This document shows positions 34,201-49,200 of a DNA stretch of 64,000 nucleotides, piece by piece (the stretch's first letter is position 1; each line of letters starts with the position of its first letter). This stretch comes from Laetmonice hystrix (taxonomy: Eukaryota), in assembly GCA_965235115.1 (NCBI GenBank), contig OZ249436.1, forward strand, positions 37,760,001-37,824,000. The letters are read 5' to 3'. The notes under the pieces are model-generated. The model saw only the letters and a program-made list of their open reading frames with translations. It had not been told where the DNA came from and searched no databases. The translations under genes and the position numbers were made by a program.

Positions 34201-37200
34201 GATTTCTTTGAGATATCCAAAGAATAGCCTTTTTATTCTTCAATTAAGGTACACGTTTTGGATAGAAACATTGCTTGACTGAAACAGTTACCCTCTGGCA
34301 TGTATCAAGCCCCGTACATCTATACACGAGCATGTTTTGGAACGATGCGACAGCGTTACACCACCCTTGTGATGTCAGTTGCCAGTGTCGCCTGACATTA
34401 CAAAATATCTGACAGTGTCTGCTGTTTTGGTCGCGTATAAGTGCATAACTATTATAATCTTTCTCAAGGTCTCCTTCAAGCCTAAATTTCACCATGATTT
34501 TTGCCTTGTTCATGAAGTTTGGTCTCAAAACCTTATGGTTTAACAGAGGCCTCAATGCTTGCATACATTCCAATAGATAACTGTTAGAGTCAACTACATC
34601 TTACATTTCTATCTTAAATGTATCCCATCATTTTAGATCCCCCTGTATACAGTTTCAACTTCAGTACATTGTGGCATACAACATTTAGATTTATTGATCA
34701 TAACCTATGAAACATTCAGCAAGACTCTATGCACAACATTCTGTTTGGATTTTATGCGCTTATCTCCATTCCTCAATGAAGGGACAACACAGACGGCCAG
34801 TGCAGTCTTCTCCATTGTATCAATCCATAGGACACAGATCGGCTTGTCCATATTATTGTCCTTCCTCAGCACATGCTTCAATCTCAGAGAAAGGACTGAA
34901 AACATTCCAAAGCATACCCGCCCGAACAATCAATACCCAGGTGGAGTTTACCTGTAGCAGCAGTTATGTAATACTAAGGTGTTACATAACTGAGTAAGGT
35001 GTCTGTACAGGTAAGCCAAACAACGAGGGTTAGGATAGGGTAGGGTTAGTTTGTATGGGATAGAGGTGAGTGGGGAGCATGGTAAGGGAGGTAGGGTAGT
35101 GTAAGGCAGTTCCCCCCTCACCTGTTCCCTATAAAACTGACACACCTGTGACGAGCTGCCGCCTCACAGGTTGGGACGGGCTCCCACGGGTATAGACAGA
35201 CAGACTGCTAGGTGCGCGTTATCTAGGACACCTGTTGTTACCTACCATACACCTGAATTACGCCTTGATTGCCACGTTTCCTCCGACCTGCGTGGAGGCA
35301 CCGCCAACGTACACAGAAGGGTTGTTAGTCACACAAATGGAAGTCCCCGAACGGCCAGCAGTTGGGTTAGCAATGAAGGCAGGGGGCACACTGACAGACC
35401 TGAGGGAACCCCCTTCACCCCACCCTGTTCCAGGGTCAGTCTCAGGAACGAAGAAAACCACAGGTACACTTTGCTAAACTCGTTATCTTAATATTCCCAA
35501 TATCTTGGGACTTCTCGCGACAAGGGCTCCCTACTCCTGGTCCCTAAACCTGGGGGCTATAACAATTAACCTTTCTGTCAGAGACTGCAGATCAAAACTC
35601 ACTTGAACCCTATCGCTTGTGCCAATTCCTGCCATTTGTTCAATTTCTTCAGAAATATCCTTTCATTGGTTTCACATTTCCATGATTGTCAATATCATAC
35701 TAGGCAGGGGTGTCGGAACAGGGGGGGGGGGCAAGGGGGCCATGGCCCCCCAATATCTAAATCAGCCCCTGTCAAGGCATAGTTTTGGCCTTTCACCCTT
35801 CCTGCAGGAATGAACTATCAATAGCTTCTGCGGCTTGCCCCCCCCCCCCCCCCCCCCAACTATCAATAGCTTCCGTAGCATGCCCTCCCTCAATTATCAA
35901 TATCCCAGGCCTTGGCCCCCCACAACTATCAATAGTTTCCGACACCCCTGCTAGGATTTATAACAGGATTAAATAAATAATTCATATGCACTTAGACCAA
36001 ATATACGGATTCATCTAATTTTCTTCTTATTGAGATATAACTGCAATGTTGGTTAAACTGGGCCAGCAGCTAACCCTATACTAGTATTCAAACGCTCATA
36101 CCCCGACACGGCTCTCATCACTACACCTTAACCACTTTTCCATAACAAACATCTTACATCTATTAAAATTTCTGTCTGTACTTATCTTGAACTTTGAAGG
36201 AAGGATGAAAGGACAAAAAAAAGCTTGTGTTAATAATTTATTAAGAAACTTTGCCTTACCTGGGACAAAGATACTACTGCTTTCCTCCGCCCTGATCATC
36301 ATCTCCCATTCGTTCCACTCAAATTTCGGCGATCCACGACCACCTTCTGGTTCCGTGACCTTGCAGCGCCAGAAGCGCACTCGGCCATCACTGCAGGCCA
36401 TTGATATCAGGTATGGCGCGAAGCATGCCGGGTAGATGGAGGACGAGCTGAGGTGACCAGCGGCGACGTTAGCATAGACCAGAGATACGTCTTCGGGAAG
36501 CTCCAACACTTGTGTGCACACCTGTTGGGACAGTTATCCATCAGTTACAGGAGATAAAAGGTGGATATAAAATGGATACTTCTTTCACTCCACGAAACTT
36601 AAGTACAGGTATCCTTGAATTTTATACGGATTTTGTATATCAATACTGTTTGAACATGGTAAAATCGTTATAGCTATTTTGGATGGCTAGTTTGGAAGAG
36701 GAAAGTTACCTTTGAGCTTGAGATTGTAAGCCGGGGTACAGTAGCATCGCTGGCTGGTGGTTGGGTAGGATCTGATGCATTGCCACGCCATGTGTCAGCA
36801 TTATCGGCGATGAGTTGCTCGTCATCCTGATAGTATGCTGTGTCAGCGTGGTAACGCACCGGCCCTGGCTCGCCACCTGACAAGTGGTTAACACAAACAT
36901 TATAATCATCCCTACACACATCATCTACCATTTCAGGGCTTTCAAATTAAACTGGTAGCGAGCGGGGTCCCCGTCTACAAGGGCAACCTGCCCTGGCTAC
37001 TTTAACGGAATCCCAGGCATGGATTGCACTTGAGGACGACACAAAAAATGATGGTGCATGCTACTTTAGCCTAATCCCTGCCTATTCAACAAAAATTGAA
37101 AGCCCTGCATTCTCTCTGCTTTGAAATTTATCATTATATGGAGCAGTACACAATGTGTGTCTTACTGTGGGGTTATATACTAACAGTTTTCTCCTATGAT

Positions 37201-40200
37201 GAGTATAAATATGGGCACATTTCAATGCTACATTCATTCGAATCCATGCAAGGCTAGAAGACACATTGCCCAACAAACCATCGACATGCCGATAATAGAA
37301 AAGAAAATTTACACTCTACAAATGTATCAGCATGCTGCTTTCCTGTGTGTAAAATAATTTTCCCTTTCCCCTTCCATTCCCTTCTCAAATATTTAATGTT
37401 ATAACATTTTATTTGAAGCCTTGAGCGAAAAACTTGAAAACATATCAATATCCTGACACTTGTTAGCACTACAACCAACATTATTTGGTATGTTCACAAT
37501 CTTGTCACTAAGAGGAGATATAATTGCCCCCTAGCAGCCGGATCGGGATATAATTCCCCCCTAGCAGCTGTGTCAGGAACCATATTCACTAATCCGGATG
37601 CATCGATATCTGGACAGTTTTTCATGGGAACCACAGTACACAGAGCAGTACACACTGTGTGTCTTACCATGAGAAGCAATGACTATCCGCCACATGTGTA
37701 GAACAGATGAAGAGTTGTGGAGTTTTTCAATCACCACCAGGAAGAAGTGTTCCTCAAACGTATGCTGGCTCTGCAGGTCGACCATGGCCTCGATGTTGGT
37801 CTGATTTTTAAGGTAGTCATGCGACGATGACCTCTGACCTGTGACTAGTTGCTCTTGGAACACGTGGATAAGTTCTATATGTTGCCAATCCTGTGAACAT
37901 AAGACAAGGGGTTTCTTGTAAACATAGGCTCCCTTCCTGACATTTAGCCATTTCATCCATAAATAACTGTAATAAAGGAACTTATTTTCTGAGAGCTGAA
38001 AAGTGCTAATGATAAGTGCAATCAAACGTAGGTACGTGTAAATAATTAAATGGTTTCACCATGAAACTCAATCTGACTCAAGTCAATACAGGTAAGTGGC
38101 GATGATGCTGAAACAGGACTGAAAACTAAATGAGACATCAGTACTTTACTAAATTTTAGCTATAAAGTGGTTTTGGGGCTAGTTTGTGGGGATTAGATTG
38201 AGCCCCTGTACCCACCTGTTTGGCATCCGTGATGGTGTCGAGTTCAATAATACAGCCAGGCCTGGCAGTCGACTGCAGGCTGACAATATTGAACACATCC
38301 CGTGGGGCGGTCGGTGTGGAGGGACTGTTCATCACGTACCCTGAACTGGTACTACTGTTAGATCTCGACATGTCCATCATCTGTGGGGGAACAACAAGGT
38401 CTAGGTCTTAGTAATTGTCTGAAACTCCAATAAACGTTTGGGATAAGCTGGTGGGACTTTTAATAAGAATTTAAAGTAAGACACAGAGAAGCACTTACAT
38501 CCTGTCTTTTCTTTGTTCCAAGTTCTGTCAGTAGCGTGCGAGCATCGATGACAGCCTGGTAAACCCGCAGACTGTCTCCATCAGAGGCCACAAACAGTGC
38601 ACTCGGCGAGTTACTGAATGACCCCAGAGTCGAACTGAAAGAAACACAGGTCTTGAGACGGGAAAAAAATTTAAGCAGCAAATAGCAGCATACTGACAAA
38701 AATTCCGTAAAAGCATGTATTTCAGTCTTCTTAGATTTACAATGTTAGAACACCTAAAGGTTTGCCAACAATAAGTTCAGGGATATCTTTCCTGGAGGGG
38801 ACTGTGTACCTTGGTAAAAGTGTTGGCAGCCATGAAACATTGGAGAAGGCGGACGGCTCTGGCGAGTTGATACGGGCCAGTTCAGTGATGCCCCCCGACT
38901 TTGAGAGGGGCCCCACAGGGTCAACCCTCCACAGGATGAGTTCCGAACAGAAACCCCCTGGACCAGGGTCAATACTTTTGTTATCCATGGGTCGCCGGGG
39001 GGTCGTCTTCGCTGGGTCGTGGCAGTGGGTTTGATGCTTTAGCTCTTCATGTATTAGATTGTTATCCAACTGCAACATACATAGGTGGACCAACTGATGA
39101 TTAAGTATAAAATTGTACTGATATAGTGTTGTTAATCCCATATAATGCACCTTACATTTGCCAACATAAATTACATTGGTAAATGGCTTTCAAGGACCTT
39201 AAAATCGTTGGTAAATGTTCTATTATTACAATCTTGTTGCTGGACTTTTCTGAGAAAGATATGCATGTAAACAGAGGCATTTTTTGATTTATTTTAAGTT
39301 GTAGGGTTGGTGTTTGTATGACAAGATGACCTCACCTGAGGAACATTATGGTGAGAAGTTGTGAGTAGTAGGGGCAGCACGGGGTGACATGCTGCACTGT
39401 TTGTTCTGAACCTGTGTCCGCTCACACGAGAAGCGTGCGCAACACTTAGCACCGTTGAGAATCGTGAGCCCTCCGCAAAACTAATCTGCCACTGGTTAAG
39501 GGATCCATTGGAGTGTTTTGACAACATCAACACATTCGGTGTCAACATGTTATCACTTTGGCCTGGGGAATTCTTGCCCATTGCATTTGCTGTAAAATTC
39601 GGGGCCTGGGGTTTCTCTGGCCCTTCAAATGACTTGCTTTCAGATTCCTGGAAGAAAAAGAAAAGATACGTGACCATAATAAAAGTAACTCTCCCTTTAT
39701 TATCTGGGGTAACAATAGGTCCATCACCAATAAAATTTTGTTTTAGTCCTGTGAACTTCTGGATAAATGATTAAAAATTGTGTTAAAAATTCTGCTCCAG
39801 GTTACAAAGTGCCCTCTCCCTGGACCAATTGATTCTAGGTGTTAAAGCTCACCTTGAGTGCAGCTTTGATGTCAAGCCGTGAGTGATTACAGTATAGAAG
39901 GAGGTTCGTTGACATGGTGATAGCATCACCAATGGGAAAGGCGTGGGGAATTCTCGAGGAGAAGGAAACCTGGGCCTGACGGAATGCACCAGGCGACGCC
40001 TCGTCCAGCCAGTCAACCAACCTGTAGGCAAGGACGACATTCCTTCTATGTGTGTGCAATTATCTCAATAAAAGTAATGAAATAATGGTAAATCACCACT
40101 TTTATCATGCTTTATTGAACATGTTGATGTACTATTGTAGCTATCCTGAATGGGTAACAGGTGACTTGCACAAATTGTATCTGGCAGAGTAGGATGTTAG

Positions 40201-43200
40201 CCAGTAAAAGGAACATACATGTACATATCTCTCAGAATTTAGCCTTACAGAAACTTTACAGTTAAACTTCTCGTAATTCAACGTACTACCGTAATCAAAT
40301 AAAATTAGCCATTATGAGAATCATCAGTTAAGGTAGCCTTCAACTAGCAAGGTTACTTACCATACAAGGAAGCTGCCATCTATGGGATGGATACTGAAGA
40401 GCATGTCTGCACTCTGATGCCAGTCTCGGAGCAGCTTCTCGATGCGATGGTCCAGCACATCCGTGGGTGTGGCCTGCCAAAAAACAATGTCAATCTTACA
40501 ATAACATATTTCGTGTTGTTGCAATCAGGTCAAAAAATGTTATGCCCTGAACTTTACACTCTAGAATAAACTTTCATGAAAACTATTTGTCAAATCTTTT
40601 GGTTCCATTACCTTTGCCGTCTCTGCAATGACTGTTGCTTCAGTTGCATGGGAGGCGGAGGTTGCCGTAGATGTGACAGATGAGGTGACAGAAACTTCGC
40701 TGTCAGAACTCACGTGGGAGTGAGACTTTCGCAAGAATTGCCGCCGACCTTTTTTGCCACCTTCTTCACAATCAGAGAAAATTAACATAGACAACTTCTA
40801 TTCAATTATTTATACCAGTATCTATATTTATTACATGTATATTATTTCATTTTTCTCATATATTTCAAATCTGTTCCCTATTGGAGAAGGCAGTACACCC
40901 TCTCTAGATTCACTTTTTCAGGCCATGTTCATTTGTAAATAAAAGCAACTTTTGAAAATGCAATTATCTCACCACTTTCTGAGCCTGCACTTGTAGTATC
41001 TGTGGGAACTTCAAAACTGATGAGGTCTGGGCCATCATCAGTGTCGTTGTTTGCTGTATCACTATCATTGGTTTCCGTCTCCTCCCCAACACCCAGTGCC
41101 CGCTTGTGGAGGTCGGAGAGTATTTTGTCTGCTTCTAGTGAGAAGTGAAGCTCCTTGTTGTTGAGCCAGTGGACCACAAAGTTGGGTTCTCCACCATTCT
41201 TGGATGTCATCGCAGGGAGGAGTGGAATGTCTGCAAGCAAATTCTTTCTAAGTCAGTTATGGCCAGGTACACACCTAACCCCTTCTCCTGTTCCTCAGAC
41301 CTCCCGGAACAGACCTCCTAATTTTCGGTTTACGGTTTAGGCTTTAGGCAGACTTTGAGTACAGTTCCCATAAACATAAAGATCGATTTAGAAGCAGTAG
41401 CAGAAGAAAGAAGAAAGAAGGGAAAAGAAATTAAAGGCATGTTACCATGGGGTAATAGTTAACCAATTATAGTAATGACAGAGTCTATAAACGTGGAAAA
41501 TTTGTATTCCAACATCTCTCCCAAGGTTTTACTTACCTGTGTCAGGATTGATACTGGCTGCCAGGTGGAAATGAAAGCCTGGGGCGACACTGTTTGGGTG
41601 GATACCAAACTTGTGAAAGTCATGGACGCTCTGAGCACTTGGTAACGTTGGGATAGTTGGTACCCCGAGACCTCCGCCACTCGTGTGTCGCTTACGTTTG
41701 TTGAGAGTGTTTCTGGAAGAAAGACATAAGACATTGTTAACTCAGCACTTATTCTCTTACTGCATGAAATTCCTTGGAATGCGATTATGATGTATTTATT
41801 TCTTACTCAAGATCTAAGGTTAATTGATTTGAAACAAGTCTTGTGTACTGAGCTTAGAGTTAGACATTGATTGAGAAATACTAGTAATAGGGCTGCAAAT
41901 TTATGAGTAACTCTTCTTTGATGATCCATTTGCATGTAATTAAGGCTGCCAGTGGCCTGATTTCTTGGCAGACTTTATTTTTAACTGTACTGTTTCCAAG
42001 AAGGAATCTCCGGCCATCATGATTAGATCTCCTAAAACATCACACTGGTTACCATCCTTACATTCAGCCAATCAGGAGTGTGTTCTCATCAGGGGTCTGT
42101 AATTTTTTACCGTATGTGATGAAGTCGTTGCATGAATCGGTTACGGTGACGTTGAGTGTGGAACATGGGTAGTGTGGTGGCACTGGGGTCAAGTTGGTTG
42201 AGATCAACAAGTCCATCCTCTGGGAGAATCGTTTCCACCCACAGCCTGCAGATGTTGTCTCGGCAAGAAGTGATTAACATGTTGGCTACAGCACCTCTGC
42301 AAAACACACCAAGCAAAGAAATTAAATCTGAGACTAGATGTTAGGGGTTCAGGGTTTACTGCCTCCCACAAATCCCACAAAATTTGTTCTCTGTTAGATT
42401 TACATTTCAGGGTTGCGAGCATTTTGTGAAAATCAAAGTCTCTGAGTTTTCACTGAGAAATTTCCAAAACTCCATGAGAAATATTTTGCGTCTATTGGTA
42501 GGCCTAGCATAGCTGGTCTGGAGAGGTGTACTACTCTTCACACTATAGTATATGAACACTAAAAAGCCACTAGGCCTATACGACTTAGTCAATGGATGTT
42601 TTCTGGCACTTCCCTGAGTTTTCCCTGGCTGGAAAAATAGAACCTCACTTTCAAGGTTTTCCTTGATTTCCAGAGTGACTGGGAACCCTGCTTACACCAT
42701 GAGCTACCCCCACAACCCTGCGTTTCAAATAATTAATTAGGCCTTTCCCGAGATCATGTTCCACTAGTTTGGGCAATGTGTCCTCCCCCAATACATTATC
42801 ATTTTGTTCTAAAGACTACAATAGTACAGAACAAGTGCAGAATAATATTATTCACAATCGGCATGAAAGGACGCGACCTTTCTGCACTCATCGCGCCCCA
42901 CAATAGCTACAATGTATAAATATTGTGGCGTTTGAGTCACCCCGATACACTGTCGCAATCATGCATTTGTTATACACTTTCAACCATCTGTGCATAACGT
43001 TAAATGGATACAATGTGTCGAGTTTTTTCAACCGTGCGGTCTGCTGTTTCAAAGGCAAGCAGCCAGAAATACTTTTCAAAATCACACGTCTACAGACTAC
43101 ATCCTTTTTCTTTTGGCGGGGGGGGGGGGGGGGGGGGGGGGCGCTCAAACAAACTGGGTACGTAATTTCCTGCACTTTGCATGTATATTTCTATGTCAGA

Positions 43201-46200
43201 ATGCATAATCTAGATCTAGTTTTACTGTGATTAGATCTAGAAGCTCAACGTCACACTTAATCACTTATTCATCCCTACAAAGAGCGAATCCAGACAGGGA
43301 AGTCTGGACCTTTCAATGACAACACTGGCGTAGAAAGCGGGGGGGGGGGGGCGCCACCCCCACATCTCGGGGGGGGGGGCAAAGATATGTTTGTGTCCCC
43401 CACTTTTAGACCCAGAATTTTCAATATCCACGTAAATTCTGCTACAGACGTCAGAGAAACTCCACAATTTCTATCTCCAGATGCCAGGAAATGGTCCGCC
43501 TCTGCTGAGATAGCCTATAGCTGAGCTAAATTAGGACTGGGATAAACTTCCTTGTTAATTCAGCTGATCTGGCTTTCACTGCTTTATATCATTCTATTTT
43601 GAGCCGTTCCCGTGAAGAGGTGGTGGCCCCATGGTTACGAGCTGTGATGACATATTATCATATAACACTTTGATCAAACCCACCCACAGGGGGCACTCTA
43701 GTTCCTGCCCTATTCATCATCCGCGAAGCGAGTCGGTCTCATCAGCTCTGCTCGAGACACCATTGTCCTTAGGTTATTAATTGCAATCACACGACAAACA
43801 GGACTCACACTTACCGCTGAATCTATCTTCATTAATCAAAAGCCAATTAAATACTTCACCGCTCCAGGACACTGGTGTTTACGGTTCAGGCTTTAGGCAG
43901 ACTCCGGCTGCAGCCCCCACACTCTTAATTCAATGTGCGTTCATTCACAGCAAAGCCTTGCAGGTAAATGTTGAACATAGCGGTTAATCAAAAAGTTATG
44001 GAGAGGGAGAAGGGAGGGGGAAAGAAAGTTAAGTATCCATTTAGAACATGTAGAAGAAGAAATAAGAGGAAAGAAGTAAGAAAGCCCATTCCAAATTTCT
44101 CGTTATAACTACCACTAGGCCTATTCCTATTTCACTCTTAAGATATGTGGATACGTTGCTGAAAACCCAAAATTGCTAATTTTTTCCACTCTATATCTTA
44201 GACGTGCCAGATGCTATTCCATGGTTTCATTTCTCTCTTTTATCATTTTCGTACTACTTTAAAATATGCACGTTCTAATAGAAAAACAAGATAAAATAAG
44301 GATTAACTGCCTACTGGAGACGCTGAGGCACACAGTGGAGACACCTTTACGACATCCCAGACCCCCCGAAAGACGCACCCCTATTTCCTAGCTCCGTACC
44401 CTAACTGCAAACTGTACCCCCCCCCCCCTCCAATTTGGGGGAAGATTAGGCCTACCATGTTGGTAGGGAATTACAAATGTACCTCCCAGAACAGACCCTT
44501 GGGGTCACTAAGTGCCTTACTTTATATCCTGCTAGCTGCGCTGCATGAAAATTATCACAAAAAGTATAAACGACTTGGAATTAAACAACATATGTCCATG
44601 CGTGTTTGCAAATCTAGTATATCAAAGCAACCCGTCTCTGTAAGTCGTGCCAACGCGTCTTCATATCGCCAAATACGGCAAGACGATAGCTGCCGTAGCG
44701 CCCTCTCGTGTCTAACACTCTCAACTAACCAGGTCACACTCAAACGCTGTCAGTGTCACCAACAGCTGGGGCCGGTTACAAGATTGAGCTTTCCTCAGCA
44801 GTGACAGCATAATTTCCTCTCGGCTCTCACAGCTCGATCGGTGCCCCAGCCAGCTCACGTATAGAGGAGGAATCACAGAACAGACATTGAGCTGTCGTTT
44901 GCATTCTCACTTGTTCAAACTTAACGCCAAACATCAGCCGCGCTTTCTCGGCGAGAAACTGGTTGGGGAGCCTTCCTGACATAGGCCTACTCAGCAAACA
45001 GCTCAAGTCTTTTATAATATAAACGGCAAAACGCATGGAGACGACATCAAAGCGATTCGGATGTTTCTAGAAGTCTAACTATGGAAAATAAAAAAACATA
45101 CTCTGAATGGGGAAAAAAAGAGAAAAAAATCATAGGGATATCTTTGATATGTTCTTATCATTTTAGGCCTAGTCACCTGTGAAAATTCTTCAGGCTCAAC
45201 CCGGTAAAGGAAGAAATAAATCAGCTATGCATCTGCTAATGAACCCCAGGTCATAATCTATTTCATGCCAATTAAACCACCCTTCAGTAGATTAAGGAAT
45301 ATGGTAACCAGTACTGGCCAGTAGCAGGTAGTACGCTGTGACTTACGATTTTTTGTAGCCGACTATTAAAGCGGGTTATACACGCTACGATTTTTCGTCG
45401 TGACCCAGTTTTTAGCGCTAAAATCAGTCGTGACAGTCGTAAGTCGTGACGTGTATCATAGCCTACAACAATTAATCGTCTGCGACGAATCGTCGGGTCG
45501 GAAGAGATCTAGCAATGCTAGATTTTTCACGACAAATAGTCGGCGGCAAAAAATCGTAAGTCCCAGCGTGTATCACCCGCTTTAGTCTAATACAGGCGTA
45601 TATAACAGATTTCCAAATCCCCCCCCGACGGAACTGCATTCTTTAAGCAACGAGTCCTTATTATTATCTTATATTCATATCCTAACATAACAAATGGATG
45701 ATCTAGGACCTTCATACCCAGGGAATCCTAGTTCGTTGGACTTGCATTCAGACAGACTTGCATTCCCTTCACACCTGCAATAACTAAGAACAAAGGACTT
45801 TGGGGCAAGGAATGTCACCAAGTCCTTAGCGTTATTTCAATGTTTTCCTAGGTGTAGAGTAAGGTCTGGAAGTACATAAAACGATCCGACTTCTCTCATT
45901 GATGAATCAACCCTTGTGACTCACGGCTCTAGATGTTACTCGATATCACTGCACCTCCACCCACTGCATGAAATATGCAGCGGCATGGACCTGGTCGGTG
46001 CCAGATTACAATCACCAGCAGATAATGGCTACCGTTATGGCTTTTTCCCAGAAACTCTGTAAATGAACACGGCAGGGCTAGACAGGGGTCGGCAGCTCTG
46101 CTAGCTTCAGTTTGTGCTGGATCGTGTGCATATACACTTCTGTGAAATACTACTACTGCCTATACATGTAACCTGAACCCAAATACTGTCAGGATATACA

Positions 46201-49200
46201 CACAGAAACTGACACTGATCTGTTTTTGTGTCTACAAGTGTGTGTACTGTTGACCTGATCACGAATTGAAAATACAGACATTAAAGGTAATATGTCACAA
46301 ATTTCAAATAATACGTCATGTTTCAGCAAAAATATGTCTGCATTGCGGTTCACCAATAAGCCCTAAAAGGTCCCCTACCTGTTTATGTAGCTTTGGCCGG
46401 TATTTTGTAAAAAAAATCGCCAATTCTTAATGGCGCGGTCACTGAAAATGACACACTTAGATTCCGAGACCCTGAAATTTGCAGCAGGCTGTGTTTTGCG
46501 CCCTTTTCACACGATCGGCGGATGGGCCATTTTAGTCCCACTATCATTTTATAGATTTGTTATTTTTACTTATATATTTATTTGTTTATTTATTTATTTG
46601 TTATTTACTTAGATGACGGATTCATCGCACTTTGCGGACTGCAGCTAGTTTTATTCATTTTTCCACATTATGGAGAATTTCACAGCTGTCTACTTGTAGT
46701 ATGTGTTAACAGAATCAATATGAAAAACAATCAGTGCCATAAAGTACGTCAGTGGTGAGAAGGTAAGCAGAAAACTAAAGATTTCGGTCGATACCCCCGT
46801 GACATATTTCCTTTAACTAGATAAGATCTTTATGTATCCGGGGTGCGTTTCAAAATTACTAGTCAGGTCGTTCTAGCCCTTTGAATAGAGATATTAACGT
46901 ATGTTAGACAAACTATGGTTATGAAACGTAGAGCTCCCAGATGATTTATTTCATAAGGGCTGAGCTAGTATTGATTGTTGCTGTTGGAGCGGAGGGGTGT
47001 GTTGGGAGGGGGAGGAGGCCAGACATCCACCCTGGTCTGGTAGTAATGGCCCCAGTGTTGACATGCAGGCAACCTTGGCAGTGGATGAGTGGTTCTATGC
47101 CACCCAGACACCGCTCAGACAGCGGTAGTGGTCACTCTAGTGGCCAGTCGCCTCCAGCCACGTCCAGCGACGGCCACCTGCTCCTGGCAGTCACATGACC
47201 GACGTGGCAGGCTTACGTCATCATCAACTTTGACCAGCCAGGGTCCGCCAACCGTCGCGGTAACCAGCACTGAGGCACGTCAGTTGGCGCAGTGACCACA
47301 CTTCAACATTTTCACAAGATCAAAGTTGCTCCAAGTACGACCAGTCAAGCGCTCACGTTATCAGAGGGCTAGCCAAGCGGACACGAAGGGCCCAGCAGGA
47401 ACTGATTGATGTCCTATACACCTCCTGGTCATCCCGTAAAACGTATACTCAGCTCCACTCTCACAAGATCATGAACAGTTCAGTATATCATATTTCAGTA
47501 TTAAACGCCTGAAAATGTCTGACGTCTTTGCAATGGATCGGCATGTTGTCATGGCTGCTGGAATTCGGTGTGTCACTGCACAACTGACAGTAAATACTCG
47601 AATCATACCATCTCCAGAACGTCAACTCTCAATACGTTGATTCCTCCTAACACCAAACCCCTACACAAAGTGCTCCCTCAACCGTGTGCTATCCGCTTTC
47701 CTGCAATCGATCTATGTCGCCAACACACCAATGAGCCATGACAGTGACAATAGCTGAGCGTGATTTCAATACTCTGACACCTCCCCATAGAATATCTTTG
47801 TCCCCGGAGCGCCAGGAATCATTAAGCTTAGAGACATGGGCTTAAATGAGTCCAAGACTCCGTCTTCCTTTCATCTTCAACATGATTAAGAAGAATAATT
47901 TCATAACTGTCCTCAGGGTAATTCATGAAACATTCTCACATCCCATAGATCCTGTGATGTCTATAACTTGAAAATAGATTCCCCACTACAGAGATCTCAC
48001 TTAGGTCTTAGGAATCGGCAGCATTTTCATTTCTTTCTGATGTGCTTTTTATTTCATTTTGTGGCACTTATAGCTTATAAAGTAAAACCTATTCTAGGCC
48101 ACAAGGCTGACCATTAGGAGTTTTTGTGACTGAAGGTTGGTAAAAATGGCAGCTCCTATCTTGGCCCGAGAAATGTCTGTGCCGCCCCCTACCTCGGCCC
48201 AGACGATCACAGTGGCGCCCCCTATGGCGGCCCACAAAGTGCGTGCGTAGCGCCACCCACCTTGGCATGTATTTGCTGGTTTTCCTCCAGGAGAAGCCAG
48301 TCACGGCGCGAGGATGTGCGATGTAAACAAACGAATAATTCAATTCTTCCTTCTTTGGACTAACGCTGTCCATTCGCATGAGGGGCAGTACAACCTTCTT
48401 ATTCTCATACCAGATCTTGACAAGACGGTCCGCCTGAAAACAACAATCCACATCAAAGTCAAACACTTGAAAACTAAAGACTACTACACACTCATCTCGG
48501 CTTAAGTCATTTCTTCCCAATATTTGTCTTCTTTAAGAATCGTCTCGGCTATAGCGTGACACACTTTATCAGTCGTCTGTGGCAATTTCAATAATTGTTC
48601 ACATACAAAGCATTCCGCAATCAATGCATTTCTACAGTAACTCTTCAGTAATTTCCCTTGTGGCATGCGCAAATGGAGAATTACTTCAGGAATAAAGGAG
48701 TTTTTAACCACCCTAATGTAAGTGAATGTTTAAAGGACTTTAATCATTACCAAACTTCCTGTCCTTGATACAGAATGTCACAATATTTCCGCGACTTTGG
48801 TGGTCAATGCTGGGTATAGTGGTGGAAACCTTTGTTGTGATTTCGCTGTGTTTTTCCTGGCCTTCGATGAATTTTTTCTATGATCCGACATGGCTGCCAT
48901 ACAGTGCTTTTATCAAATATGGTGGCCGTTTTGAAGAAGATCCCCATCATCACCAGCAATTTGCAATTGGGATTTTCCCCCCTTAGGCAGCTCTTCAAAT
49001 AAGCCTCAATATTCAACAATGCTGCCTTTTCACTGACTTTTTTTCTTTTGCCTAACTTTTACCCTTGGCTGTAAAAATTTTTTCCCCTGTGTTTTCCCTG
49101 TGTTTTAAGGATTTTTCCAAAATCCCTGTGTTTTCCCTGCAGGGAATTTATTTTTATCATTTCCTCTGTTTTCCCTGTGTTGTGGTCACCCTGTCATTGA

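Noticed and set aside
46941..47900. GC-richer block as a possible retroelement fragment
   Set aside because: The frames I examined contain stops and no RT, integrase or gag motif; a BLASTX search would be needed.
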